DNA from: a virus
Length of the DNA: 64,000 nucleotides
Strand: one strand, 5' to 3'
IMG/VR virus record: IMGVR_UViG_3300007276_000045
Location: 1 to 64,000 of that record
Numbering within the stretch: the stretch's first letter is position 1; every line of letters begins with the position of its first letter. Position numbers and translations under genes: made by a program. Below are positions 17,137 through 27,230 of the stretch, in pieces. Under the pieces are notes generated by a model. The model was not told the DNA's origin. It searched no databases and saw only the letters and a list, made by a program, of their open reading frames with translations.

Positions 17137-17664
17137 TCACTTACCCTTCTTAGCAGATGCCTTGAGTTCCTTGACCTTCTTCATGACCTTAGCCTTCTTT
17201 GAAGCATTCATCTTCATTTCCTTAGGCTCGTCTTCTTCTGGGTCCATGGCTTCTTCAACTTCTTCCTCTTCCTCGTCTTCCTCTTCAACTTCCTTTTCGT
17301 CGGCAGCTTCTTCAAGAGTTTCAACGGCTTCAAGAATGTCGTTAACGTGCTCAGAGATACGCTCGTCGGAAAGTTCTTCCTCCAACTTAGACTCGCAGAG
17401 GGGGCAAACATGCTCCTCAACCGACTCCTTCATCTCCTTCTCGTCCTTCTCGTCCTTCTCGTCCTTTTCAGGCTTCTTGCCCTTCTTAGAGCGGAGCTTG
17501 GCGAGATCATCACCTTCGATGTCCCCGTCCTTATCCTTGTCCATGGCCTTTTGAGCGGGAGAGAGTTCTTTCTTCTCCTCCAGCTTAACCTTTGCGATGT
17601 CCCAAGCAGCGTTCTTGATCAGGGCATCTACATAACTTTCTTCAACTTTGATGTAATCAGACAT
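17137..17664 (-). CDS. Acidic hypothetical protein with an EF-hand-like loop and CxxC, candidate prohead core component
   Basis: DKDKDGDIEGDD loop, EKD tandem repeats, CPLC, poly-Glu tract. Confidence 0.6.
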   Translation of the reverse strand: MSDYIKVEESYVDALIKNAAWDIAKVKLEEKKELSPAQKAMDKDKDGDIEGDDLAKLRSKKGKKPEKDEKDEKDEKEMKESVEEHVCPLCESKLEEELSDERISEHVNDILEAVETLEEAADEKEVEEEDEEEEEVEEAMDPEEDEPKEMKMNASKKAKVMKKVKELKASAKKGK

Positions 17665-17761
17665 AATTATTTATCCTTTGTGGTATGCTCAGGACAGCTA
17701 AATGTCCCTACTTTATATTTAGCCGTATTATGGCTAGTGTTTTATTTTTTATTTAATTTTG

Positions 17762-18133
17762 TTACCCATTAGCAAAAACAGTGCTCTGGGTAGGCTCCTG
17801 AATGATGTGGTCGTTGACCAAAAAATAAGTATCCAACTCCCTTGCAACAGGCTGCCCATTAACATAAACGTCAGGTGATCCTGAGTTGCAAGGAGGCTCA
17901 TGAGGGGTACACAGGGGGTCTGTCGGACTGAGCTTGTAGTTTTTTGGGTGCGCTAGCATTAAATCTCCCAACCTTACAGCCCCGAACCCCTCTACAAATA
18001 CATCGGTAGAACATTCGTTGGTAAGAGGTTCTTTTAATTCCTTGCAGCATGGGCACACGTTCGGCTCAGGTGCTCCGTGCGCTACGCACGCTACCTCATC
18101 CCCACTCCCAATCCCTCTTGCAATTAATGGCAT
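17762..18133 (-). CDS. PAAR-repeat spike-tip protein
   Basis: PLIARG, DVFVEGFGAVRLGD, GSPDVYVNGQPVARELD, STVFANG. Confidence 0.88.
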   Translation of the reverse strand: MPLIARGIGSGDEVACVAHGAPEPNVCPCCKELKEPLTNECSTDVFVEGFGAVRLGDLMLAHPKNYKLSPTDPLCTPHEPPCNSGSPDVYVNGQPVARELDTYFLVNDHIIQEPTQSTVFANG

Positions 18134-18134
18134 A

Positions 18135-20891
18135 TTATTTATATAGCCTACCTAAGAATTCGGTAGGAAAGTATCTTGCGTTGTTAAGTGCAGTGCTTTG
18201 CACTTTATTTGTTAGAGGAGTTCCAGTTAACCTATCTGCTGTTAAGAATGTTTTTTCTAAATCCTGTAGTTCCACAGGCTCCACCTTAATGTTATTATAG
18301 CTGCCTGCGAATAGGTTAGATATAATAGTTCCGGGAACAAACTCAAAAAACTCAGCAACCTCTGCGGCAGTCATGTTAAAGAATACATCTGGCTGAAGAA
18401 TTCGTTTTCCTCTAGCCCCATCTTCAATATTATAATTATCGTCGATAGCCTTAACTCTAGAAAAGACTTCAGCTAGTGGAGATTTAATAGTTGTAAAACT
18501 TGTTTCTGTTCCATGCAGAGTAGAAGCTTCTCCAACCACGGATTCCCTAGCTGCATACTCAAATGCATAGTTATCTTCCTTAAGGGAAGGTGCTTTACCA
18601 TTCGCAGTCTTTGCTGACTGAACATAGTTTTCTTGGGCGACAGATTGCAAGGGGTTGTTTACAATACGCATGGTTCTAACTGAGTGTTGTCCCTCGACAA
18701 AGGTCTCAAGAGTAGATCTTCCTTGGTAGGGGGAATACTTGATTAGATTTGTTGGGTAGATCGCAAAGTCTGTATAAATTTTCCTAGCAAAAACCTTACC
18801 ATCTAAAGCTCTAGTAAAGTCCGTCATCTTTAGCTGAACTGTATTCTTCTCCAGCAAGTAGTTCCAAATAGGATCTCGATAATCAATATAGATTGACATC
18901 CTCGGTCCTGACCAAGAAGACACCGTTGCATTAAAGTTTTCGTAGTTATTCCCATTGGTAATGGAGTCCCAAGCTAACTCATAGTCTACAGTGGTATTGG
19001 TAAAATCTATGTCACCAGCAGCTTCTGTTCTAATAGTTTCTCTAGTGGACGAGAAGAGCATAACGGAAGGGATAGCCGAACCCTCGCCAGAAACCTCGAC
19101 GCTACCACTACCTCCATAAGTTAGGGAGCTAACGACTAACTCTGGTTCGTATGTTCGGATCATCGTCTCCTGTTGAGGTGGGATAACAAAAGCCTTGTCT
19201 CTGTTTGAGACGAGACTTACAGTTTCAATGGTAGAGTCTGCCTTCCTTACTTTAACAAACTCATTTAACTGATAAACAGAGGAGGTATTTGTGCCAGCAT
19301 CAGTAATACCTCTAACTGTAATCCCGTCATCATCTCTAACCCGAACACCTGTTAGCTTACCACTTTTTGTTTTTACCGAGACAGTAAGATCAATATCGGT
19401 AGGCATAGCACGCCATCTTTGGATCTCACGCTTCCTATCCCCATTCGAGTATTGACCAGTGAAGATAGACGCTGGTTGGCTATTTCTTACGATTGAGTAC
19501 TTAAGTCTAGATCCTGTATCGGTAAAGCCCTTGGGCATTTCAGGAACACCGTAGGGAAAGAAGGTCTTACCCGCTTTAATAATCTCATCTAAAACTTCTT
19601 GGTTATAACCACTTACAGTACCTAAAATAGTTGCTCGCCTAATAGCAGCAGTTAAAAGACCCTTACCGTCTTTTGAAGACACATTAAACTTACTAGCCTC
19701 TTCAAGCCGCTCTCTAGCAGAGTCTTTAAGGGACTCTGGAATGGCTTGTTGGTTATAAAGAACAGTGGATATACCGATACCACTAAAGGGAGTATTACCT
19801 CTAAGTACATCTCCTACCGCAACATTAATTTTATCTCTAAGCACTCCTTCGTTAGAGAAGACAGGGTTACCTGCTTCATTACGGGCGTAAGATAAAAGAG
19901 TTTGGTTTGTGGAAATCAGTAGGTTATGCTCTGGGTCAAATACTTCATCCTCTGTTGGGTATAACGGGAAGTTAGATACGTTATCTCCTGTCGCAGTTGC
20001 TTGTGGAGGAAGGTTTGCATTAGTATTACCGCTATTGATAACCTGTCCAACTATAGGATCTTGAGAGGTAGTAGTATTCCCAAAAGCGGGTGTATTGCTA
20101 CCTATTGCTACATTTCCCGGAGATACAGGAGTTCCTCCATTTTCACCACCATCAACTTCTTGCACATCCCCAGCAGATATACCCCCTCCCGGTTCTGTTA
20201 CATGACAGTAGGTGATACTCCACATCACCTTAGCAGTTTTGCAGGTCTTATTCCCGCACCCCCCAGAGCCACCACAGGTATGGTTCCCAGATAACACAGT
20301 CTTTTGATTTGTAGGCTGAGACGGGTTTCCAAATTGATCAGTTGCCCCATCTGGGGCCGCAGGAGGTTGATAAGTATCTTCGGGTCGAGGAGGTCGTTGA
20401 GTTCTAAGTTTGCAAGTATACGTCCAAGTAGCTACATATCTGCGTATCTTATAGCAAGGTCCACCACCACTAAGAGGCGAGTCGGTAAATGTAATCGTGG
20501 GGGTATTACTATCAGGTACACAATAACATGCAGCACCACCAGTAGTAGGGCCTTGGCCTCCACCGCCCTGACCACCCATTTGGCTCATCTGCCCTCCTCC
20601 CGGAAAAACAGGACCGGGGTGTGGAGGAATAGAAAAATCCATCTGGCCCATTTGACCCATCTGGCCTCCCATTTGCCCACCTCCATTATGGGAGATTGGG
20701 TCCATCATGCCAATGTTCATCTGACCCATCTGACCCATCTGACCCATTTGCCCACCGGGAGGTGCAGGTAGACGGTGACATACTCCCCCTACTGCGGGAG
20801 GAACTTCATTCATCTGACCACCGCCTTGACCACCCGGAGGGTCTTGGATCGGTGTATCTTCGCAATCACATTGGCTCAGATCCTGAGGCAT
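18135..20891 (-). CDS. Large putative virion protein with N-terminal GQM repeats and a Cys-rich domain
   Basis: 918-aa ORF in the tail gene run; GQMGQMGQM low-complexity N-terminus. Confidence 0.65.
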   Translation of the reverse strand: MPQDLSQCDCEDTPIQDPPGGQGGGQMNEVPPAVGGVCHRLPAPPGGQMGQMGQMGQMNIGMMDPISHNGGGQMGGQMGQMGQMDFSIPPHPGPVFPGGGQMSQMGGQGGGGQGPTTGGAACYCVPDSNTPTITFTDSPLSGGGPCYKIRRYVATWTYTCKLRTQRPPRPEDTYQPPAAPDGATDQFGNPSQPTNQKTVLSGNHTCGGSGGCGNKTCKTAKVMWSITYCHVTEPGGGISAGDVQEVDGGENGGTPVSPGNVAIGSNTPAFGNTTTSQDPIVGQVINSGNTNANLPPQATATGDNVSNFPLYPTEDEVFDPEHNLLISTNQTLLSYARNEAGNPVFSNEGVLRDKINVAVGDVLRGNTPFSGIGISTVLYNQQAIPESLKDSARERLEEASKFNVSSKDGKGLLTAAIRRATILGTVSGYNQEVLDEIIKAGKTFFPYGVPEMPKGFTDTGSRLKYSIVRNSQPASIFTGQYSNGDRKREIQRWRAMPTDIDLTVSVKTKSGKLTGVRVRDDDGITVRGITDAGTNTSSVYQLNEFVKVRKADSTIETVSLVSNRDKAFVIPPQQETMIRTYEPELVVSSLTYGGSGSVEVSGEGSAIPSVMLFSSTRETIRTEAAGDIDFTNTTVDYELAWDSITNGNNYENFNATVSSWSGPRMSIYIDYRDPIWNYLLEKNTVQLKMTDFTRALDGKVFARKIYTDFAIYPTNLIKYSPYQGRSTLETFVEGQHSVRTMRIVNNPLQSVAQENYVQSAKTANGKAPSLKEDNYAFEYAARESVVGEASTLHGTETSFTTIKSPLAEVFSRVKAIDDNYNIEDGARGKRILQPDVFFNMTAAEVAEFFEFVPGTIISNLFAGSYNNIKVEPVELQDLEKTFLTADRLTGTPLTNKVQSTALNNARYFPTEFLGRLYK

Positions 20892-20904
20892 TTAAAAGAC
20901 CTTC

Positions 20905-23664
20905 TTAGGTAACAGATCGGATGTCAACAAGGCTTGGTTGGTTGGGACTAGTAACGGGAGCTTGTGATCCTAGCAGGTTTGTAGTCGCTTGCCCATTAAT
21001 AACATTTTGAATAAGTGAATACTTGTTACCCGCAGCGTAAGCTTGGTTCCTAGTAAACGTATCCGACTTGTAGCCTACGATGGTAAACTTTACAGTTGGG
21101 TAGTAAGAAGCACCAGTCTTAGGAGCCAGCCTTCTCAAGTTTTGAACCCCTACTGTTTGTTTTTGCATGTCCCAATTAGTCTGCTTAAATTGTGGCAGAA
21201 CAACCGAGTAGCTTAAGAACTGATATAGTTTATTTTGATCGGAGTTAGCAGACTCAAAAGTTCCTGAATCGGTATCTAGCATATCCCCATCACCTTGAAC
21301 AAAGGAAGAATGATCTCTTCCCGGCTCAATGTTGACGTTATCTGCCATTGAGTTAATTTGGAAAACAGCGTGACGCAATCCAGATCCTGAATCGGTATAC
21401 ACTGGCCCCTTGTTTACGAACAACCCACCACCAGTACCAATGTTAGCATCATTCGTTGACATCCCAGTTATAGGAGAGCAGTTAGTGTATTCAACAATTA
21501 CGTCATAGTCGTTACACCAAGTGGGCAAGGTAACTTGAATCTTCTTGGAGCAAACATTATACCCCGCCTTCATCTGCTCATCACCTGTTCCAAATCCGTA
21601 AAGTCTAGACAGATGCGAGTTAGCGATTGCAGAGTTTTGAGAAACAACACCACCGGGAGCATAAGCTAGACCTCTGTTATTAGTGGTCGCATCAAAGTGC
21701 ATCCACCAAGATACCTTCGGAGTGTTTGCAAAAAACTGATTAAGGCTATTACTATCTACTGGCGCATCCCACTCTGGGAAAACAGGGATGTTTCTGCCCA
21801 CATCTCCCTGCGGTAATCCTAGGTAGGTTAAAGATCCAGATTGACCTCCTAAGCCCCCAGTGTTGGGGTCAGAGAGCCAACGCTTTAGACTGCCTTGTCT
21901 CTGCTCTACGATATACTGTAAGTATGCTTCTCGCAAAGTAAGATCTTGGCTCTCTAAGAATGCTTTAGGGCTAGTAAAGTTTAGCGAGTATTGAGTATTT
22001 GTCTCTGGGTTGGTATATGTCGTAGTAGACTCAGAGCCAAAGGGGTCAGTCGTAGTTTGTGTATAATCACACATGGTTAGCATGGTTCCTTCTACACCAT
22101 AGGCTAATCCACCCATAACATAATCCGTGTAGAGAGCTTGCCCATCCTTCTCAACCTCTTCTACATTATCAATCTTAGTGTTGAGAACATCGACAGCACG
22201 CTGAATCTGATAAGCACCTACAGCGGGGTTGGCAAATGACAGCGGAGGGTTTGCTCCTGCTACACCAGCACGTTCGTTATAGGTAAGCTCCGTAGTTCTT
22301 AGGAACGGACGGATATCAATGATATCGTCTTGGGTAATGTTGGTCTGGTCCTTCTTAACAACGACATATGCGAGCGGTAGAGCAGCCTGCCCAACCAGTT
22401 GGAAATCGTCAGCATCAACGTCAAGAGCGATAAGAGGAGCTATATTAAGTAGGTCATCGGGAGACGGGAAGCTACCGTGAACTTTCACACCAAGTCGGTT
22501 AGTAATTCCCTGATTTGCATCAGAGTTCTTATCAGACACATTTCCTACAATCCTAGCGGAACCAGCGGGAGGCGTGTCGGTGGCTCTTCCACCATCGGCT
22601 GTTCCAAGCACATTGGTAGTAGCATTGTTGGTAATACCGATGCCTGCACCCTTATATAAGCCTAGGACAGGCTGCGTAATCTTCTTTGGAGAAGCTGACG
22701 AGCCAGTGTTTCCAAAGCCAGTTTGGTAATCTTGTAGGGCTGCTCCAGAAGAATCTACTGGAACACTATACGCAACTAACAAGTCGATGCGCTGATCAGC
22801 GGTAATCGTAATCTTGTTTTCATTCTCATCATAGTAGTAGAAGTCTTCGTCGTTCCACTCTGGGATGTTAATCGTGGACTCTGGGAAATCTACAACAGCA
22901 GTGCGGAAAACACCTCGCCACATCTTAACAAAGGCTTGGTGAATATCAGCTAAGTCTTGGGCTTCATAAATAATCTGATCGCTACCCGCTACTTTACGCA
23001 GAGTTTGACCAGCTAAAGGGCCGAGAACATTATGTCCGGGCCATCTGTGTTGGTTGTTGGGGTCTACGTTTTTGTAATGGGGGTAATTACCAGAACCTTC
23101 TCCAGAAGAGAAAGTGCTAGGTTGCCATCCGTAGTTGCTCCCAACACCAGTGGAGGGTGATAGGTGGAAGGTATAAGTAAACTCTAGACCGTTAATGTTG
23201 TATGCTTTTCCAGCAGAAGCAGCACCTGTGAATCTATCAAAGATAGTCTGTCTGAGGCTGGATGCGAACACATCCTTCATAGGTGGGATGATGACTGGAG
23301 TGCTCTGAGGAACAGTTGAGTCTGTAGCTAGACTGAAGAGTGCTTTATCAATATCAAAAGCATCATTAATTCTAGAGTTGAATACACCAGCATTAACCGT
23401 GACCTGTCTACCTCCCGTAGACTTCGGCCTTAGTTGTTTAATAAGTGTTAGATCTAATTCACTGTTTGTCGTTACTAGCCCACCTACACCTGATCCTGAG
23501 CCTGATCCTGAGCTACCAGAACTGGAACCAGTTCCGTCTAACAACTTCTTAACGTATAGAATATTTTCTTCTAGTTGACGTAATGGAATATTATCTACTT
23601 CGTAGTAGTACGGATCATTCGCCTTGTAGTAGCGAATGGGTTGTGTAAACGTGTAATCAGCCAT
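20905..23664 (-). CDS. Putative tail fibre / baseplate-attached protein
   Basis: 919 aa, S/G/T-rich; N-terminal DNIPLRQLEE motif shared with the adjacent 1187-aa protein. Confidence 0.6.
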   Translation of the reverse strand: MADYTFTQPIRYYKANDPYYYEVDNIPLRQLEENILYVKKLLDGTGSSSGSSGSGSGSGVGGLVTTNSELDLTLIKQLRPKSTGGRQVTVNAGVFNSRINDAFDIDKALFSLATDSTVPQSTPVIIPPMKDVFASSLRQTIFDRFTGAASAGKAYNINGLEFTYTFHLSPSTGVGSNYGWQPSTFSSGEGSGNYPHYKNVDPNNQHRWPGHNVLGPLAGQTLRKVAGSDQIIYEAQDLADIHQAFVKMWRGVFRTAVVDFPESTINIPEWNDEDFYYYDENENKITITADQRIDLLVAYSVPVDSSGAALQDYQTGFGNTGSSASPKKITQPVLGLYKGAGIGITNNATTNVLGTADGGRATDTPPAGSARIVGNVSDKNSDANQGITNRLGVKVHGSFPSPDDLLNIAPLIALDVDADDFQLVGQAALPLAYVVVKKDQTNITQDDIIDIRPFLRTTELTYNERAGVAGANPPLSFANPAVGAYQIQRAVDVLNTKIDNVEEVEKDGQALYTDYVMGGLAYGVEGTMLTMCDYTQTTTDPFGSESTTTYTNPETNTQYSLNFTSPKAFLESQDLTLREAYLQYIVEQRQGSLKRWLSDPNTGGLGGQSGSLTYLGLPQGDVGRNIPVFPEWDAPVDSNSLNQFFANTPKVSWWMHFDATTNNRGLAYAPGGVVSQNSAIANSHLSRLYGFGTGDEQMKAGYNVCSKKIQVTLPTWCNDYDVIVEYTNCSPITGMSTNDANIGTGGGLFVNKGPVYTDSGSGLRHAVFQINSMADNVNIEPGRDHSSFVQGDGDMLDTDSGTFESANSDQNKLYQFLSYSVVLPQFKQTNWDMQKQTVGVQNLRRLAPKTGASYYPTVKFTIVGYKSDTFTRNQAYAAGNKYSLIQNVINGQATTNLLGSQAPVTSPNQPSLVDIRSVT

Positions 23665-23665
23665 A

Positions 23666-26600
23666 TTATAAATACCTGTCTAGATCGAATAGTGATGCGG
23701 ACCCAATACCTCTAGCCATGTCCGTTGAGTCTGTCGCACCTGTGCCCCCACCATAGTAACCAGCACCAAACCCTAGATCGGCATTGTGGAACCAGCTACG
23801 GTAAACCGAGAAAATCTTCTTTCTATTAGAGGTTCCTAACAAGCCGTTCTTAGCGTTTGCAAAGGTGTTTGCTGCGGATTCATCTAGCCAGATCTTATGC
23901 TCAGAATCATTCGGAAGCAAGTCTTTTGCATAGAAGAAAGAGGAGGCTACATTCTGCCCCTGCTGGTCAGCAGGCAGGCTTAAAATGTGTGAGCTAAATC
24001 CAAGCTCTTGGTAGATAGAACTTGGGTTATTGTAGGTTGCCCCCATGTCATTTAAGGAGCTACAGTCACCAGAGGTGTTATACCCCTGAGCAACAACTTG
24101 GTAAGGTGCCCCAGTCTTTAGCACCGCTTGATCACTAAACTGGAATCCCATACTGACGAATGCGGCTGGGTTTACTGGTGGCACATAAGCAGCACCAGCA
24201 GCAACTGGGTATCCTAGGTACTTAGCTCTGGAGGCAGGTGATACATAGATTCGGAAAGGACCAATGTTCTCCTGCTCAGTCTTACCGTAATAACCTAACT
24301 CCCCACCTGTCTGAACCCCTAATCCATACGAATCAAGAACACTCGCGCCAGAAGTATCAGGCGTTGACGATGGAGCACCTGACAATCCTGTGCCCGTATC
24401 AGCGGTCCACATAGCACTTGGTCCGTAGTAGTTACCACTCATATCCTGTGGGTGATAACCACTTACCATTAAGAACGAAGCATTTAACTCTGAGTTATCC
24501 GCAATGTTCCAAATCTTTAGTAGGTCACACGCAGTTCCAGAAAGATCGTAGTACGCTCCAGAGGTGTTAAGCCACCCACATGGGAACTTGGTATTAAGAA
24601 CATTAACAGTACTCCCCTTGGTAGCTCTGACACACATGCCTCCAAAAGATGCCCCTGAGAAAGTAGCTGGGGTTAGAGCAGAATCAAGCTGAACGTCTGT
24701 CCATACCTGCGTCTCACTAGGAGCTTTAAGAGTAATGTTCTTCGTCTGAGTTGGATACTCAGCTTGTGGACCAATATTAAATGTACCAGAGGCTACAAGA
24801 GGGTTAGCAAAGAACTGCATGTAACCCCCAGAAGTACAGAATGCCTTATTGTATCTAATGTCGTTAGTAGCGACAGTAGCAGTAGGGTAGTCTAGCCCAA
24901 GGTTAGATTGATACTTACTTGCCCACTCAACAGTGTGGTCCCCCAAATCCTTCATATTAATTACAGAACCCTTATCCGCAACTAATGAAGCTCTAGAAGA
25001 GTGTAGCTGCACCTTGGTATGGTTTGCTCCGTCAAGACCAATATTGTCTAGACCATAACCGCTAACATCCAAAACACCATCTCTCATGTGTGGTTGGAAG
25101 TTGACCGTAGAATTGTTTTGTGCTAGAACTGGGACACCGTATTGGGCGATACTAGTAGGTCCAGCAATGTTAATAGTGGAGCCTCCATCCGCGTAAACTC
25201 CAGCACTAATTTGCTGGGCCTGTAGCTCTACTGGGCCGAGGATATTAGTAACGTAGTTCTTAGTTCCATTTAGATCTAAGGTGCTTCCACCCTTAACACA
25301 GAATGCGGCACCGTAAGTCGGCCTAAAGTATGGAGATCCTTGAGTAGTGCTCTGAGCAGCAAAACTAGCTCTAAGCACGTTACCTGCATTAACTGCATTC
25401 ATGTAAGAGCTATCGTTTAGAACAACGGCAGGGTTTACAGAACCCACCGTGCTTACCTTTCCATCAACTCCGAATACCTTATTGAAAGCTAGGCGATTGT
25501 ATACATCATACATACCGCTAACTTGGGTAGGGATAAATTGCGAATTACTTAGGTTTGCATGTTGCCCGTTGAGTTCAAAATCACTTTGGAATCCAACAGC
25601 AGGTGTTAGCTTCTCCGCATTTAGGTTATAATTGAACACGGAGTTTTTAGCCAGCAGCCCATGTTGTTGGTTATGGTCAATCGTAAACATGGCAGTAGCC
25701 AGTTCAGAGTTAACTAACTCAACACCTACTTTATTTTGGTAAGAGCTAATAGCCGTTCCCATGCTGATGTTTGAACTCTTAGCTAGGATTCCTTGTTCGG
25801 TATTAAGAGAAGTCTGTAAGTAAATAGTTTGCGACCCAAAGATTTCAGTTGATGTCGGGGTGTCACCAGCAGTGTTCTTCCCATTCTTGTACCCATCTGG
25901 GGTTTTAAGAATCGAGTTTACTAAATCAACTCCAATTACGTTTCTAGTAAATTGGAACGGGGAGTCGATAGGTAGACCTAAGCTATCCTCAGTGGAAGAA
26001 CTGAGCGTTACTGATGAGTTAACCGCTCTCATGCCGGGAGTTTTCCTAGCACTATTTCTCGTATTTAGGTGCGAGCCATCGGTCAAAAGCTCATAGTTAT
26101 AGAAAGCTAAGAACCCTCTGCTTAAGGTTACGTCAGAGTTATCAATATGTAACCCCGCTTCCTTACATCTGGTTGCGGTGCAGTTTTCAACAACAACCTC
26201 AGAGTTTACAATATCAAACCCTCGGCTAGTTCGTTGCGATCCTGCACTAGTAATATCTGCTTGAGTAGCTCCGTCAACGCAGAAGCCTCTAATGAAAACT
26301 TTACCAGTGCAATTCTTAATAGTAACTTGGCTAAGGCAGTTATTGTATAGCATACCTACTGCTCTGTTCTTAGTCCCAGAACCAACCGCAAACTTAGTCC
26401 TTTCAATTACTTCAGTTTGGTAGTTGGGGTTTCTAATTACAATGTCATCAGAAGGAGTGGTATTGTCTGCATAAGCATCAAAAGCAAAAACATTAGCTGT
26501 TGGACTACCAGACTGCTTAAAGTAGGTTCCGTTATTATCGCTGAAGTTACAAGTGGTAGCAATTCCTCTAACAGTGGTGGTATGCGCTTGCTGAACCTCT

Positions 26601-27229
26601 GGGGCTAACGCAAACCCTCTAGCAAAACTATTCCAGAAGGTGAAAGTTGTAGCGTGCTTGTTGCCAACTCTCGCCCCCTTAAGACCAACACTAAATGTGT
26701 CAGTCATCGTACTGCTAGTGTCGGGGGACAGGAGCGTAACCACGCTATCTCCATCTGAAGCACCGTTCTCAGACGTTAACGCTACAGAAGAGGGGCTAGT
26801 GCTACTACCGCACATTACCTTTGCAAAGCCTCTGTTGATAATCTCGATGCCTCCCCCTGAGGCTACAAATTCCTTATTCTCCAGTCTAAGATCCCCAAGC
26901 TGACCACTGACGCAAACCTCAATAATTACAGGTTGTCTAATGGTATTAGGTAGTGCTTCCACAGCAGAAGAGACAGAACCAAAAACCTTTTTATTATCTA
27001 CACCACAGTCTGAGACTGTAAGCATGATGCTTGGAGCAGTTGCGGAGGCTGGGTAACCAGCCATTTCATGAAGCAGATCGTCTCTATCTTCTAAATCGTA
27101 AATAGGGAGGTTGTCTTGTTCCCAGTTATAGAAGGAACTGGAATCAAACTTATACACAGGATCAGTCCAGCTATTAATTAGCTGTCCAGTTCCAGATGCT
27201 AGATAAAGATCATCTTTATTAAATGCCAT
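23666..27229 (-). CDS. Putative tailspike with parallel beta-helix repeats
   Basis: FGSVSSAVEALP then repeated GxxIxNSxV motifs (GFDIVNSEV, GLHIDNSDV, GVDLVNSIL, GVELVNSEL). Confidence 0.65.
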   Translation of the reverse strand: MAFNKDDLYLASGTGQLINSWTDPVYKFDSSSFYNWEQDNLPIYDLEDRDDLLHEMAGYPASATAPSIMLTVSDCGVDNKKVFGSVSSAVEALPNTIRQPVIIEVCVSGQLGDLRLENKEFVASGGGIEIINRGFAKVMCGSSTSPSSVALTSENGASDGDSVVTLLSPDTSSTMTDTFSVGLKGARVGNKHATTFTFWNSFARGFALAPEVQQAHTTTVRGIATTCNFSDNNGTYFKQSGSPTANVFAFDAYADNTTPSDDIVIRNPNYQTEVIERTKFAVGSGTKNRAVGMLYNNCLSQVTIKNCTGKVFIRGFCVDGATQADITSAGSQRTSRGFDIVNSEVVVENCTATRCKEAGLHIDNSDVTLSRGFLAFYNYELLTDGSHLNTRNSARKTPGMRAVNSSVTLSSSTEDSLGLPIDSPFQFTRNVIGVDLVNSILKTPDGYKNGKNTAGDTPTSTEIFGSQTIYLQTSLNTEQGILAKSSNISMGTAISSYQNKVGVELVNSELATAMFTIDHNQQHGLLAKNSVFNYNLNAEKLTPAVGFQSDFELNGQHANLSNSQFIPTQVSGMYDVYNRLAFNKVFGVDGKVSTVGSVNPAVVLNDSSYMNAVNAGNVLRASFAAQSTTQGSPYFRPTYGAAFCVKGGSTLDLNGTKNYVTNILGPVELQAQQISAGVYADGGSTINIAGPTSIAQYGVPVLAQNNSTVNFQPHMRDGVLDVSGYGLDNIGLDGANHTKVQLHSSRASLVADKGSVINMKDLGDHTVEWASKYQSNLGLDYPTATVATNDIRYNKAFCTSGGYMQFFANPLVASGTFNIGPQAEYPTQTKNITLKAPSETQVWTDVQLDSALTPATFSGASFGGMCVRATKGSTVNVLNTKFPCGWLNTSGAYYDLSGTACDLLKIWNIADNSELNASFLMVSGYHPQDMSGNYYGPSAMWTADTGTGLSGAPSSTPDTSGASVLDSYGLGVQTGGELGYYGKTEQENIGPFRIYVSPASRAKYLGYPVAAGAAYVPPVNPAAFVSMGFQFSDQAVLKTGAPYQVVAQGYNTSGDCSSLNDMGATYNNPSSIYQELGFSSHILSLPADQQGQNVASSFFYAKDLLPNDSEHKIWLDESAANTFANAKNGLLGTSNRKKIFSVYRSWFHNADLGFGAGYYGGGTGATDSTDMARGIGSASLFDLDRYL

Positions 27230-27230
27230 T

